Source: Octopus sinensis (Eukaryota). From it: a stretch of 64,000 nucleotides of DNA. The DNA lies in the NCBI RefSeq assembly GCF_006345805.1, contig NC_042997.1:208196001-208260000 (forward strand), given 5' to 3'. Positions within the stretch are counted from its first letter, which is position 1; each line of letters opens with the position of its first letter. The position numbers were made by a program, and so were the translations under genes. A model generated the notes under the pieces. It was not told the origin of the DNA. It made no database searches and saw only the letters and a program-made list of their open reading frames with translations. Positions 24,777 through 38,146 of this stretch are shown piece by piece.

Positions 24777-24826
<50 letters not shown>

Positions 24827-25545
24827 TATATTATATTATCATCATCATTATTATTATATTATTTTGAAAAGATTGATATAACTTCACAGACAGTCACAGA
24901 AATGCAAGAAGTCAATTAAACTACCCGGTGATCCTTACCAAACAAAAAAGACTTCATCAGTGAACCGTGACCAGAGTATTGGTTGATGACCATGTAGGAA
25001 TTTGAATGCCTTCAGTGACTGTGTCTCGAATATCCTCACGGAGAGATTAGCAAAATTAGCTGCCATAGGGGTACACATGGCACAACCCTTTATCGGGTGG
25101 TAAAATGTTTGTCCAAACTTCATTGAGTTACTTTGTAACACAAGCTTCAACAGCCTACAGAGAAAATTTGATGAAATACTTTTGTTTGGCTATTAATCTC
25201 TGTGGTTAATATTGGGATATAAGGAAGAAACATCCATGATTGCCAAAAAACACCTTTCAACATTGTTTCAGTACCTAAAAAACTTGTTTATTTTAGACGT
25301 AAAATCAAGTATCCTGAATATAGGAACTTGATCTTTTTGCAACAGGGAGTAGGAAGCCATCCAGCCACTTCGACATTTTGGTTGTACAATAGAAATGTGT
25401 GTGGCAAATTGGGCGCATTGGAGGAAATTTTTTGAACTTTTTGTGTATTTCAGGGAGACCATAAAATACAGGTGTTCCTTTTTCTGGCTGTAAAATCCTG
25501 GATTTGGCCTTATTAATGAAAGTATCTTCTTCCATTTACAGAATT
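22900..25545 (-). mobile_element. Penelope-like element copy A (RT, thumb, GIY-YIG), interrupted by an R4 fragment and microsatellite at about 23630-24860
   Basis: RT motifs FYGLPEIHK…MRPI, KGCAMCTPMAANFAN and WSRFTDEVFFVW. GIY-YIG HLAYVAECTKHNLIYVGCTTE. The reverse complement of 22900-23620 aligns with 25830-26590. Confidence 0.85.
23880..24720 (-). mobile_element. R4/Dong-clade RLE LINE 3' fragment
   Basis: KAETEGFLIAAQDQSLPTRNY…CRICGDGQETINHIISGCPVL…ILWDMPIHTDREIKANK. Confidence 0.88.
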
Positions 25546-26590
25546 ATTTTGTCTGGAAAAGATCAAAGAATAGTTCAATTAAATTCTTGCATTTCTGTGA
25601 CTGTTATGCTAAAAACTATGGCTTTAGGTTCAACATAAAAATTTACGTCTAGTTTTTCAAAAACTAGCGTTGAATTTTTTGGACACAAAAGTTAAGTTTT
25701 CTGGAGGCAGAATAGTGACAGAGTTACTTTGCAAGCCCATGTCATTCTACATTTACCTCCACCACCATTCCGATCATTCACCTCATATTATTCAGCCAAA
25801 TCCTAAATACCAATTTTTGAGGGTAAAACAGATTTGTACTGACAGAGAGGATTACTAGAAACGTGCAAATGCTTTTGGGCACCATAATGTCAAACGCAGT
25901 TACAGTGAATCATGATTAAAGGAAATAGCAAATGACATAGCTAAGATTAGCCAAGAAAGTTAAACCAAATTCACACATAACTTTAGCAAACACAATACAA
26001 TGTGTGACAGAAACCCTTTAGTGAATATCTAGGACCAAAATTTCACTGGCATTTCAAAAGTGTTGAATGAAAGTTACCAGCTTGTTGCAGTAAAATATCC
26101 TTGTTTCAAAACAAATATTTCCTCAGTCGCCCATTGTAGCTGTTAGACAGAATAAAAATATAAGAGTATTATTAACCTCTACTTCTGACTCCAAGGAAAC
26201 TAACATTGGGGTACCTGCATGTTGTACCCTGAAAAACAGCCGCAAAAGAGGTAAGCCCTGTTCATTGAACAACAACATGAATCAAGTGAATTCCATCAGG
26301 TATCATATCAGAAATGTTATGATTTATACAGAAGGTGGGACATGTAGAGATTCCCATTTGGTGTATGCAGCAGAATGCATGAAACACAACTTGGTTTATG
26401 TTGGTTGCACAAAAGAACAATTAAACAAAAGATTTAATGGGCACAGATATGACGTCAGGCACAATAACGGTAATTGGACGGAACTTGCTGAACATTTTGC
26501 ATCAAATGGCTGCAATTTTGAAAAAGACTCGAGAAAGTGCATATTCTCAGTAAATATTCTGAATCTGTTTCACTTTCAATACTCAAAATG
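25546..26590 (+). mobile_element. Penelope-like element copy B (5'-truncated RT thumb plus GIY-YIG), head-to-head with copy A
   Basis: FLDTKVKFSGGRIVTELLCKP and CRDSHLVYAAECMKHNLVYVGCTKEQLNKRFNGHRY…ELAEHF. Confidence 0.87.
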
Positions 26591-27059
26591 CATGAGGAGA
26601 AATATGTTTGTGGGTTACAGGCATGTAGCCATGGGTGGGATGGGGGTGGGGACTACGGGATGTTTTGCGCCCAATGCTAGAATTTCAGCCCCTTCAGTTT
26701 GAGAATTTGTTTTAGTTAATCTTGGAAGAATGCATTATTTCAGCCTGAAAGTGTTTGTAGACAGTTGAAAACAATACTTTTAACAAAAAAACTTCCTCAC
26801 ATACCTTTTGTGGACAATTTTATCAAATTTTAGACACTTTAGTGACAACAGGTTGCTTTCAACATCTTCAAAAGATCTGAGGTCGCTAAAGCGGCAATAA
26901 ATTTAATTTCCTTTGATTTTAGTGGTAGGTGAAAACATGTGGGTGATTACAAACGCATATGTTGCGTGTGCACATGTGTGCACATGTGTGCATGCACATG
27001 TACTGTAGAATGGTCAGTGAAGTGGTTGTTGTCACTGTAATTGTTATTGTTGTGGTGAT

Positions 27060-27590
27060 TCTTGTTGTCACTTCTCAGTATTTTGTCCAGCTGTCTCACA
27101 ATTCACCTGTGAAGAGCTGTCAAGTTTTTAAGCCCAAAGCCCTGAACCCCCTCCGGGCCAGGCACTTTTCAGTCAGCAATTTTCCTGTACTGATCTCTAA
27201 TCATCTCCTCAGATATTCTAAAATCCTCCTGCTTATACTCTCCACTCTCCTCTTTCAGTGTCTTTAGCCACACTGCTTCAGTTTCATGTTGTTTCTCCAG
27301 AGACCATATGTTTAACGAGAATCTTCTGATTTCCTCAGCATCCGGCATGGCTTTTTCACCTTTTTCTTTTTCCCATCCAGTTCCTGATAGACTCGTTTCT
27401 GATTTTGCTCAAAGAAAAGTCTGTTCAATCTGTATTGCTCAATTCTCTGTTCATATCTTTTTTAACTTATGTGCTTTAGCTTTCAACCCCTGTTTTAATT
27501 CCTCAATCACAACATAGATTCCTTTTCTCTTCACCCTATACTTCCTCTTTAGCTCAACATATTTCTCTCACTGAACTTCATTTCTCTTTT
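27060..27590 (-). mobile_element. R4-clade ORF fragment (region upstream of RT), inverted relative to the adjacent R4 copy
   Basis: The minus strand reads ELKRKYRVKRKG…EELKQ..KAKAHKL.RYEQRIEQYRLNRLF.QNQKRVYQELDG…KVPGPEGVQGF. Confidence 0.7.
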
Positions 27591-27619
27591 TGCAGTAGTC
27601 TGTCCAAAACAGGCAGAAC

Positions 27620-29810
27620 TAGCCATTTCAGTTAGGGAAGAGAAGGAAATCAGCCCCAAAAAGGTGCAACTGGAAGGCCCCGGGACCAGATGGAGTTCAA
27701 GGCTACTGGAACAAAAGATTTGGTGAATGTCACGCACGAATAGCTGCACAACTCAACACCTTGTTAAATGTCGACCAAGGAACACCAGAGTAGTTGACAT
27801 TGGGTAGGACAGTGCTGTGCTTGTAAAACATTGAAAAAGTCACTACAGTAGACAATTACAGGCTGATATCCTGCTTGCCACTTATGCGGAAATTTTTGAC
27901 TGGAATACTCGCAGAGTCAATGTAAGAACGTCTGGAAAAAAATGGAGTCCTCCCACATGAGCAGAAGGGTTGCAAGTATAAGTGCAGAAGTATCAAGGAT
28001 CAACTCCTGATAGATAAAAATGTACTCAGAGACTGCAAGAGGAGGACAAGTAACTTAGCTATGTCATGGATCGACTATCGTAAGGCATATGTTATGATTC
28101 CACGTTCTTGTATTATGGAGTGTATGAGCCTATTTGGTAATGCATCAAGTGTTGAGTGATTGCTTGGTAAAAGTATGGCGAATTGGAGGACAGAACTGAC
28201 AGTATACAGAAGAAGTTTAGGGACAGGAGAAATTAGGAGGGGCATCTTCCAAGGAGACTGTGTGTCCCCACTGAACTTTGTACTGTGCTTAATACCATTA
28301 ACACTGATTCTGAGGAAAGCAAAGGCTGGGTGTGTATTCAAAAGCTACCAACGAAAAGTCAACCATTTGTTATTCATGGATGACCTCAAACTTTTTGGTA
28401 AAGATGAATCCCAAGTCAGTTCCCTCTTTTCATATGGTGTATACATTCAGTGCTGATATCAGAATGGAGTTCGGACTGAGAAAGTGTGGTGTGTTAGTCT
28501 TGAAGAGAGGCAAAATCAAATGTATGGACGGACTAACGATACCGTTGGGGGAGTTTGTGAAGCAGATAGAAGAGACGGGCTATAAAGTAATTGGGGATTT
28601 TGAAAAATGAATAAACTGATGGAGAAAGAAATGACAGAAACATCTAAGGTGGAGTACTTGCACAGACTGAAACTGCTCTTTAAGTCGAAATTAAGCGGAC
28701 GGAATAAGATCGAAGCTATCAAGATCCGGGTGGTTTTACTCCTTAGATATGGAGCAGGGATAATCGCATGGACAGTAGACAAACTAAACAGCTGAGATAA
28801 AAAGACAAGGAAGTTGCTAACTAGATATGGGACACTCCACCCAAAAAGTAACACAGACAGACTGTATGTAGTAAGAAAAAGAGGAGGAAGAGGACTTATT
28901 GGATGTGAGCACAGCTTTAGAGCATAAGAAAACAACATAGCATGGTATGTAAAAATATGCCACAGAACCTCTATTATTGGAAATAAGAAGTTCAGGCTTG
29001 TGTAGGATGAAAGATGGCAAAGATAAAGCACTGTACAAGCAATTGAAAATAGGTGGGTAAAGAAAAGAATGCATGGACAATTTCATAGGGATGTTGAAGA
29101 TAAGACAGACAGAGAAAAAAGATAGATGGGTGTGGATGACTAAAAGTGATTCAAAACCGGAAACAGAGGCTTTAGTCTGTGCTGCCCAAGAACAAACTAC
29201 ATAAAATATAGAATAGACAACACAGCAGAAAGTGATAAGTGCAGAATCTGTGGACAAAACGGTGAAAACGTATGGCATATTATCAGCCAATGTACGCCAC
29301 TAGCCCAGAAGTAATATAAGAGACACCATGACAATATAGCCAGGCTTGTCCATTGGACACTTTGCAACAAGTATGGACTTGACAGAGCGAAAAATCCGTA
29401 TGATCACAAACCTGAAGCCATCATCAAAAATGATAATGCAAAGATCCTGTGGGATTTTATGATTCAGTGCAACTATGAGATTAGAGAATAGAAACCCAGT
29501 CATAGTGTTAATTGAGACAGGAAGCAAACAATGCTGAATCATAGATATAGCATGCCCAGCGTACAACAAGGTATGCAATAAGGGAGAAAGGAAAGTCGAT
29601 AGATATGACAGGTTAGCTTGGGAGGTTAAGCAGTTGTGGTCGATGAAAAAGGTGGTAGCAATACCAATAATTGTTGGAGCCCTGAGAACAGTGAGTAAAA
29701 ATTTTGAGAAGTGTATGAAACAAATAGGGCTGCAATAAGGTTGAGCACTTGCAGAAAACAGCACTGCTTGGAAATGCTCGAATACTGCGGAAGGTATTCG
29801 AAAAATAAGA
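27620..29810 (+). mobile_element. Degenerate R4/Dong-clade LINE (RT plus RLE)
   Basis: WKAPGPDGVQGYW, RRGIFQGDCVSPL, VNHLLFMDDLKLF, KPETEALVCAAQEQ, a CRICG knuckle and IPIIVGAL; many stops. Confidence 0.88.
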
Positions 29811-29929
29811 GGTGTTACCTTAGTTCACTGTAGCGAACAGCTGGCACTGTAGTACATCTCCCGCATTAGAAGCTGTACACAAGGCAATAATTATAACAAT
29901 AATAATAATATCTACTGACTTAGATTCCT

Positions 29930-31090
29930 TAGAAGAGCAAAAGTGGAAGGGCATCAGGTAGAAAATATAAGATCTGCTCTCAGGAATTCAAGCAAATGGA
30001 AGTCTGCAGAAAAGGATAAAATTCTTAACTTCTGTTTGAATGCTTTCGCAGAGAGCCATGAACTGCTAACAAAACTTTACAACAATGTTTTGCAACAACC
30101 TAATATGATTCCCTTGGCTAGTTAATGGTGTAACATTCCTACTTCCAAAAAATGAAGAAGCAAATGAACCAAAAGTTATAGACCTATAACCTGCTTAACA
30201 ACAATGTATAACATCTGTCCTGACGGAATATACCTATAGTTTTTTAATAGAAAGTGGCATATTCCCTAATGAGCAAAAAGGATGTAAACGTGAGTCCTAT
30301 GGGTGTAAAGATCAGATGCTCGTCAATAAGATGATCTTAGAAGATTGTCACGAACGACACAAAACTTGTCAATAGCCTGGATAGACTATAAAAACACTTT
30401 TGATAGCCTACCACATAGCTGGATTAAGAAAAGTCTGGAAATGTATAAAATAGCACCTACTCTGCAAAACTTTTTGTCTGCAAGTATGAGATCATGGAGA
30501 ACCACACTAGCTTTGAACAGTGACAATAAATCTCTTAATGTTGGAGATGTCAGAATTTCATGTGTCATTTTCCAAGGTGACTCTCTATCACCACTCCTCT
30601 TTCGTCTGGCCTTCCACTCTCTTGAAATTGCTCAATGATGTACAGTACAGTTATAAAATGTTTGATAAAAATATAAATCATCTCTTTTACATGGATGATT
30701 TAAAGCTCTTTTCAAAAAATGACTACAAGGCTTACAAGCGATTGTTAAACGATTCCAGTGATGACATCAGAATGCAATTTGGCCTCCATAGATGTGCAAA
30801 AGCTACTTTTATCAAAGGAAAAATGACAGAAACATCCAACGTTAACCACGGCCAGCAGAATGTCATAAAGGAGTTAGAACCAACGGTGAGCTGCAGATTC
30901 CTAGGGGCATCAAACATTCAATGATGAGGGAAAACATCAGAAAAGATGCCATCACAAGGTAAGGGCAATACTCAAGACAGAGTTGAATACAAGAAACAGG
31001 ATTGAAGCAATCAATGCTTTAGCCATACTAATCATGACTTACAGTTTCTATATCATTAACTGGTCAGTTACTGAAATACGTAATATGTGC
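29930..31090 (+). mobile_element. Second degenerate R4-clade RT fragment
   Basis: IAWIDYKNTFDSLPHSWI, IFQGDSLSPLLF and INHLFYMDDLKLF. Confidence 0.85.
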
Positions 31091-31224
31091 TCTACAATTT
31101 CTCTATTGTACCTCCTTGATCGTACTTTAGCCTTTCAACACCTAGCATAACCCCTACATAGCCCTTTCGGTTCCTCGCTCCATTTAGTAGAAGGAGTGTT
31201 TTTCCTTTTTTTTTCTTTCTTGGA

Positions 31225-33680
31225 CATTACTTGGCAACCTCATAATGGAGTCATACCCAATGATTGGCATAGCAGCACCATAGTTAACTGCTACAAGGGT
31301 AAAGGTAATGCTCTAGATAGGAATAATTACAGGGGTATTAAACTGCTGGATCAGGTGATAAAGGTCACAGAGAGGGTCATAGTCCATCTCATTAGGGAGA
31401 GAGTCTGCTTAGATGAGATGCAGTTTGGTTTTGTTTCGGGTAGAAGCACCCCTGATGCCATATTCCTGGTTTGACAACTACAGGAGAAATACCTAGCTAA
31501 AGATAAACCCCTCTACTTAGCTTTTGTGGACTTGGAGAAAGCCTTTGACAGGGTCCCCCGATCACTTATCTGGTGGTCGATGTGGAAACTGGAGATTGAT
31601 GAATGGTTGATAAGGGCTGTACAGACCCCTATACAGAGAGGCTGTTAGTAAGGTCAGGATTGGCAACGAGTATAGTGAAGAATTCCGGGTAGAAGTAGGG
31701 GTCCACCAAGGTTCAGCCATTAGTCCCTTCTATTCATCATAGTCCTCCAGGCAATAACAGAGGAATTCAAACGGGTTGCCCCTGGGAGCTCCTCTATGCT
31801 GACGACCTGGTCCTCATAGCAGAACCACTACCGGAACTAGAAAAGAAATTTCAGGTGTGTAAGCTAGGTTTAGAATCAAAAGGCCTTAGCAAAGGGATGT
31901 AGCAAAGACCAAAGTTATAGTAAGCAGAAAGGCGAACTCATCATCCCCCCACCCCAGGCAGGTGGCCCTGCCCGATCTGTAGAAAAGGTGTAGGTAGAAA
32001 CTCCATAAGATGTATCCAGTGTAAGCTATGGATGCATAAGAGGTGCAGCAACATCAAAGGAAAATTAACCAAGAAGATAGCTTTCATGCATGGCAGATGC
32101 ACAGGGGCAATAGACACCACAGATACTCAGAAAACAGATTCCATCACACTCCAGAGAGAGAAACTAGAAGTAGTTGATAGCTTCTGCTACCTAGGTGACC
32201 AAGTTAGTAGTGGAGGATACGAATAGCCTGGGCAAAGTTTAGAAAGCTTCTACCCCTAGTGGTGACAAAGGGTCTCTCGCTCAGAATGAAAGGTAGATTG
32301 TACAATGCATGTGTGCGAACTGCCATGCTTCACAGTAGTGAAACATGGGCCATGACTGCAGAGGACATGCGTAGACTTGAAAGAAATGAAGCTAGCTTGA
32401 TCCACTGGATGTGTAATGTCAGTGTGCACACATGACAGAGTGTAAGTGCCCTGAAAGAAATGCTGGACTTAAGAAGCATCAGATATGGTGTGCAAGAGAG
32501 ACATTTGTGCTGGTATGGTCACGTACTGCAGATGGATGAGGAGAGATGTGTGAAGAAGTGCCACTCCCAAACAGTTGAAGGTATCCGGGGTAGAGGTAGA
32601 CCCAGGAAGACATGGGATGAGGTGGTCAAGCATGACCTTCAAACGTTAGGCTTCACAGAGGCAATGACGAAAGACCGAGATCTCTGGAGATATGCTATGA
32701 CTGCAAAGAACCGACAAATAATGTGAGTTCATAGCTGCTTCCTGCACCAGTTTCGCATAGCCCCAGCCCATCCAAAGTACCTTCAATTGCAGACCGACCT
32801 TCTGTGCTTACCTTGGATCAAAGGGTGACCTACTGTGCTTCAGGAGACCTATTGAGTCAAGTACATCAACATCAAAATAAATATCAAACGGAAATTGCAG
32901 TTATGATACCTGTGCCGGTGGCACATAAAAAGCACCATCCAAACGTGGCTGATGCCAGCACTGCCTTGACTGGCTTCTGTGCTGGTGGCACATGACCTGC
33001 TGTGCTTGAGGAGACCTATTGAGTCAAGTGCATCAACATCAAAATAAATATCAAATGGAAATTGTAGCTGTGATCCCTGTGCTGGTGGCACATAAAAAGC
33101 ACCATCCAAACGTGGCTGATGCCAGCACTGCCTTGACTGGCTTCTGTGCTGGTGGCACATGACCTGCTGTGCTTGAGGAGACCTATTGAGTCAAGTGCAT
33201 CAACATCAAAATAAATATCAAATGGAAATTGTAGTTAGGATCCCTGTGCTGGTGGCACATAAAAAGCACCATCCAAACGTGGCTGATGCCAGCACTGCCT
33301 TGACTGGCTTCTGTGCTGGTGGCACATGACCTGCTGCGCTTGAGGAGACCTATTGAGTCAAGTGCATCAACATCAAAATAAATATCAAATGGAAATTGTA
33401 GTTGTGGTATCTGTGCCAGTGGCATGTAAAAAGCACCATCCGAACGTGGCTGATGCCAGCATCGCCTCGACTGGCTTCTGTGCCAGTGGCACGAAAAAAG
33501 CAACCACTACACTCACGGAGTGGTTGTCGTTAGGAAGGGCATCCAGCTGTAGAAATACTGCCAGATCAGACTGGAGCCTGGTGCAGGCTCCTGGCTTCCC
33601 ATACCCCGGTCGAACCATCCATTCTGTGCTAGCACGAAAAACGGACATTAAGCGATGATGATGATGATGATGATGATGAA
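31225..33680 (+). mobile_element. 5'-truncated RTE-clade LINE with an expanded 3' UTR
   Basis: VNCYKGKGNALDRNNYRGIKLL, QFGFVSGRST, YADDL and RGRGRPRKTWDEVV; the tail ends in (gat)n. Confidence 0.92.
32843..33500 (+). repeat. Four tandem 167-bp units inside the RTE 3' UTR
   Basis: ggagacctattgagtcaag recurs at 32843, 33010, 33177 and 33344. Confidence 0.92.
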
Positions 33681-33769
33681 TGGTATATAATAGTAATTTT
33701 GATTCAAAGGATATAACTAAGTTTTAATTTCTTACAATTAATTTTTGTTTATTTACTTGAGAATCAGAA

Positions 33770-34780
33770 CTTAGTGATTAAAGATTTCAGCTTAAGTTTG
33801 CAATTAATTTTTCTTTCATTCTGCGCATTGAGCAATGTTGTTTTAGCCCATAAAATCTGCATAAATTTGTGAGTACACAACAGACAGAACTTATTCCCTA
33901 TTCTATACGATTTCGTTTTCCTTATTTTCTCCCACTTTAGTTTATATTTAATTTCTTTAGATTTTAGGCTCCAAATGTAAGCCTGTCGAGTTCATTCATT
34001 TCTTAATTTTAAATGAGTGCAAATGCTGCGCTATTCTTTGTTTAATTTTATTTGATGTTGAACCTATGTATGTCCTGTCTGAGCTTACTTCAATATTCCT
34101 ACTATTTATTTTGCTTTGGTCATTCCTATCTTCATTTAAAGAAACCACACATTTATATACTACATCCATTAAGTTACATTTGTTTTTAAATTAAAATTAA
34201 TTTTTGTCCCTACAATTGCACTTTTTTTATTCTCTACCATTATTATTGGGATAATTATTTAATTTATTATAGCAATATTCATTCAACTAATATTTATTTA
34301 GTGATGAAATAATATTCCTTACATTATTAGTAGTAGAGTATCCTACTCCTATATTATTTTTTGAAAATATGTTTCTGTATATTTTATTTTCTATAATAAA
34401 TGATTCTATTGTTTTAGTGATTTCTTTTATAATATTATCTTTAATCTGGATCCCATAAGGGACTATCAACCAAATTATTTTATTTTTATCTATGTTTATA
34501 TTATTATTTCTCGTATCCTTATTTATGCTATTATTGTTATTGTTATCTTTATTATTTATAATTGGATCTAATTTTTGCCTATCATTTAATCTTATATATT
34601 CCTTATATTTCTATTTTTAATTTTATTCTTCATTCTATTTATATTTTTTAATGTTTTTATATGCTCCTTGTATTCTATAAAATTCCAATGTGTTTCTCTA
34701 TTATAATTATTATGATTGTTATTAATTTGGTTTTTATTTTTATTTCTATTCCCATCTACATTTTCTTTTACATTTTTCTA
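33770..34780 (-). mobile_element. Penelope-like GIY-YIG endonuclease region from a second family
   Basis: The minus strand reads CNLMDVVYKCVV…TYIGSTSNKIKQRIAQHLHSFK…KWEKIRKTKSYRIGNKFCLLC…LLN. Confidence 0.75.
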
Positions 34781-34786
34781 TACATT

Positions 34787-34850
<64 letters not shown>

Positions 34851-34937
34851 TAAGCAATTAAGGGTTTAGCAACGAATTGCCTCACCACACACCGAATTTA
34901 GAAATAGCAGTCAAAGAGTTATAGCTATTCTTTCTAC

Positions 34938-34987
<50 letters not shown>

Positions 34988-37900
34988 CAGGGGTTGGACA
35001 AAATAATGGAAACACCGAGCATCATATAATAGTCAACTGCTACAAAGGTAAAGGTGATGCTCTAGATACAAATAATTACAGAAGTATCAAGCTGTTGGAT
35101 CAGGTAATGAAGGTTATGGAGAGGGTCATAGCCCAACTAATTAGAGAGAGAGTTAGTTTAGATGAGATGCAGTTTGGGTTCGTGCCAGGAAAAAGCACCA
35201 ATGATGCTATATTTCTGGTAAGACAGCTGCAGGAGAAATACCTAGCCAAAGATAAGCCCCTGTACTTGGCTTTCGTTGACATGGAGAAAGCATTCGATAG
35301 GGTCTCCCGATCCCTTGTCTGGTGGTCAATGAGGAAACTAGGGATAGATGAATGGTTAGTGAGAGTTGTGTGAGCCATGTACAGGGGCACTGCTAGTAAG
35401 GTGAAGGTTGGCAACGAGTACAGTGAAGAATTCCAGGTGGAGGTAGGGGCCCACCAAGGTTCAGTCATCAGCCCCCTCCTATTTATCATAGTCCTCCAGG
35501 CAATAACGGAAGAATTCAAGACAGGATGAACCTGGTAGCTCCTCTATGCTGATGACCTTGCTCTAATTGCTGAGTTACTATCAGAACTGGAGGAGAAGTT
35601 TCAGGTGTGGAAGTAAGGATTAGAATCGAAGGGGCTTAGAGTCAACCTAGCTAAAACCAAATCCTAATAAGTAGGAAGGTAGACAAACCACAAACGCCTT
35701 CAGGTAGATGGCCCTGCTCGAACTGTAGTAGAGGCGTAGGTAGAAACTCTATAAGATGCACCAAGTGTAAGCTATGGACACATAAGATGTGCAGCAATGT
35801 CAAAGGAAGGCTAACTAGGAAGATAGTTTTTGTATGTGGCAGATGCTCAGGAGCAATAAACACTGAGAATGCGCAGAGACCAACTTCCGCCACATTCCAG
35901 GGAGAAAAACTAGAAGTAGTTGATAGCTTCCGCTACCTAGGTGACCAAGTCAGTAGCGGGGGTGGGTGTGCTGAAAGTGTAACTGCTAGAGTAAGAATAG
36001 CCTGGGCAAAGTTCAGAGAGCTCTTACCTCTGCTCATGACAAAAAGCCTCTCGCTCAGAGTAAAAGATAGACTGTATGATGCATGTGTATGAACAGCCAT
36101 GCTACATGGCAGTGAAACATGGGCTGTGACTGCTGAGGATATGCGTAAGCTCACAAGGAATGAAGCCAGTATGCTCCGATGGATTTGTAATGTCAGTGTT
36201 CATACTCGACAGAGTGTAAGTACCTTGAGAGAAAAGTTGGACCTAAGAAGTATCAGTTGTGGCGTGCAAGAGAGACGTTTGCGCTGGTATGGTCATGAGG
36301 CGAGAATGGATGTGGATAGCTGTGTGAAAAAATGCTACAACCTAGCAGTTGAGGGAACCTGTGGAAGAGGTAGACTCAGGAAAACCTGGGACGAGGTGGT
36401 GAACCACGACCTTCGAACTTTAGGTCTCACCAAGGAAATGACTAACTAGACCTTTGGAAGTATGCTGTGCGTGAGAAGACCCGGCAGGACAAGTGAGGCC
36501 ATAACCTGTAGCCTCTATCTGGGATGTAGCCAGTCCACTTATGCATACCTTTCCTTCTTGGGACACAAAACTCTACTTGTGGAGACCTGCTGAGGCAAGT
36601 GAAAATCAAAATCAAAATCGAAATCGATTAACATCAATGGAAATTGTAGCTGTGATGCCAGTGGCACGTAAGAGAACCATTTGAACACCAGTGACGCCCC
36701 AACTGGCCTCCGTGCCAGTGGTACATAAAAAGCCCCATCCAATCGTGGCCGTTTGGCAGGCCCGACTGACACCTGTGCCGGTGGCACGTAAAAAGCACCC
36801 ACTACACTCACAGAGTGGTTGGAGTTAGGAAGGGCATCCAGCCATAGAAACATTGCTGGATCAGACTGGGCCTGGTGCAGCCTTCTGGCTTCCCAGACCC
36901 CAGTTGAACCATCCAACCCATGCTAGCATGGAAAGTGGAATCTAAACGATGATGATGATGGTGATCTATAAAACCTGTTACAGCTTGTCTATTTTTATGT
37001 TTTTTGATTTATTATTAGTGTTGCTTAATATGTTTTGACAAAATTGCTGTTTCTTTTCAGATATCATCTGAAAAACGGAATTAAAATTCATTAAAATGAC
37101 AGATCTATCGGACTTTCAAAGAGGACAAATTATTGGTGCCCTTATCGCAGGCACTAGCATAACAGAAACAGCCAAAATGCTTGGCAAATCAAGAAGTACT
37201 GCCTCAAAAGTAATGATACCCTTAGAAAAAGAGGGAAAAACCTCCTCAAAAGAAAACTCTGGAAGAAAAGCAAAACTTTCAGATAGGGACTGTAAGACTC
37301 TTATGTGAATTGTTAGAAAGAATCACAAAAATACAACTCCCAAAAATACTGGAGAGCTTAATAAGCACCTCGAGAATCCAGTTTCCACAAAAGCTGTTCA
37401 CCAGGAGCCACACAAAGCTGGATATTACAGGAGGGCTGCAATCAGAAAACCACTACTTTCAAAAACAAACATTGCAAAGCATTCAGAGTGGAGTAAAAAC
37501 CTACAGAATTGGTCACTAGAGCAGTGGAAGAATGTTATTTTCTTAGACAAGTCATCCTTTACCTTATTTCTGACCACCAGCCGAGTGTATGTGTGGAGAC
37601 AGCCAAAAGAAGCATTTAACCAAGACTGCCTTCTTCCAACTTCTAAACATGGAGGAGGATCTGTGATGATCGGAGGGAAGAGGCCTATATTTTGGAGATG
37701 CACCAGCTCAATGGTTTCCCTTCATGGCAGAATTAATAGTCAAGACTATTTAAGCATTTCATCTGATCAAATTCATCCTATGGTTGCAGAACTGTTTGTG
37801 GAGTGAAAAGAAATCCTTCAGGATGATAATGCACCAATTCACACAGCTAAAGTTGTTACTGAATGGCACAAGGAACATTCTAGTGAAGTTGAACATCTTA

Positions 37901-38146
37901 TCTGGCCACTTTAGTCCTCAGATCTCAATATTATTGAACATTTTTGATGCATTTTAGAAAAACATGTAAGGAGTCGATATCCTCCACCATCAGGAACTGG
38001 AGACTGTTTTAGCTGAAGAATGGACAAAAATACCTTTGGAGAAAATTCAAACTTTGTATGAGTCCATACCTCATAGAATTCAAGCTGTAATTACTGGCAA
38101 AGGCTGTCCTGCCCCATATTAAAATAAATTTGTTTGAAACTGTAAG
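34988..38146 (+). mobile_element. Tc1/mariner DNA transposon interrupted by an RTE LINE; right end lost in the gap
   Basis: TA followed by TIR-like caggggttggacaaaataatggaaacacc (34988-35016). Degenerate transposase at 37096 to about 38120: MTDLSDFQRGQIIGA…, KHGGGSVMI, QDDNAPIH and PQ(I/D)LNIIE. Confidence 0.88.
35017..36965 (+). mobile_element. 5'-truncated RTE-clade LINE inserted next to the Tc1 left TIR
   Basis: LAFVDMEKAFDRV, YADDL, EVVDSFRYLGD and GRGRLRKTWDEVV; tail ggaagggcatccag…(gat)n. Confidence 0.92.

Noticed and set aside
31225-35060. Two RTE copies truncated at nearly the same 5' point
   Set aside because: The endpoints differ by about 40 nt, and two copies cannot establish a hotspot.
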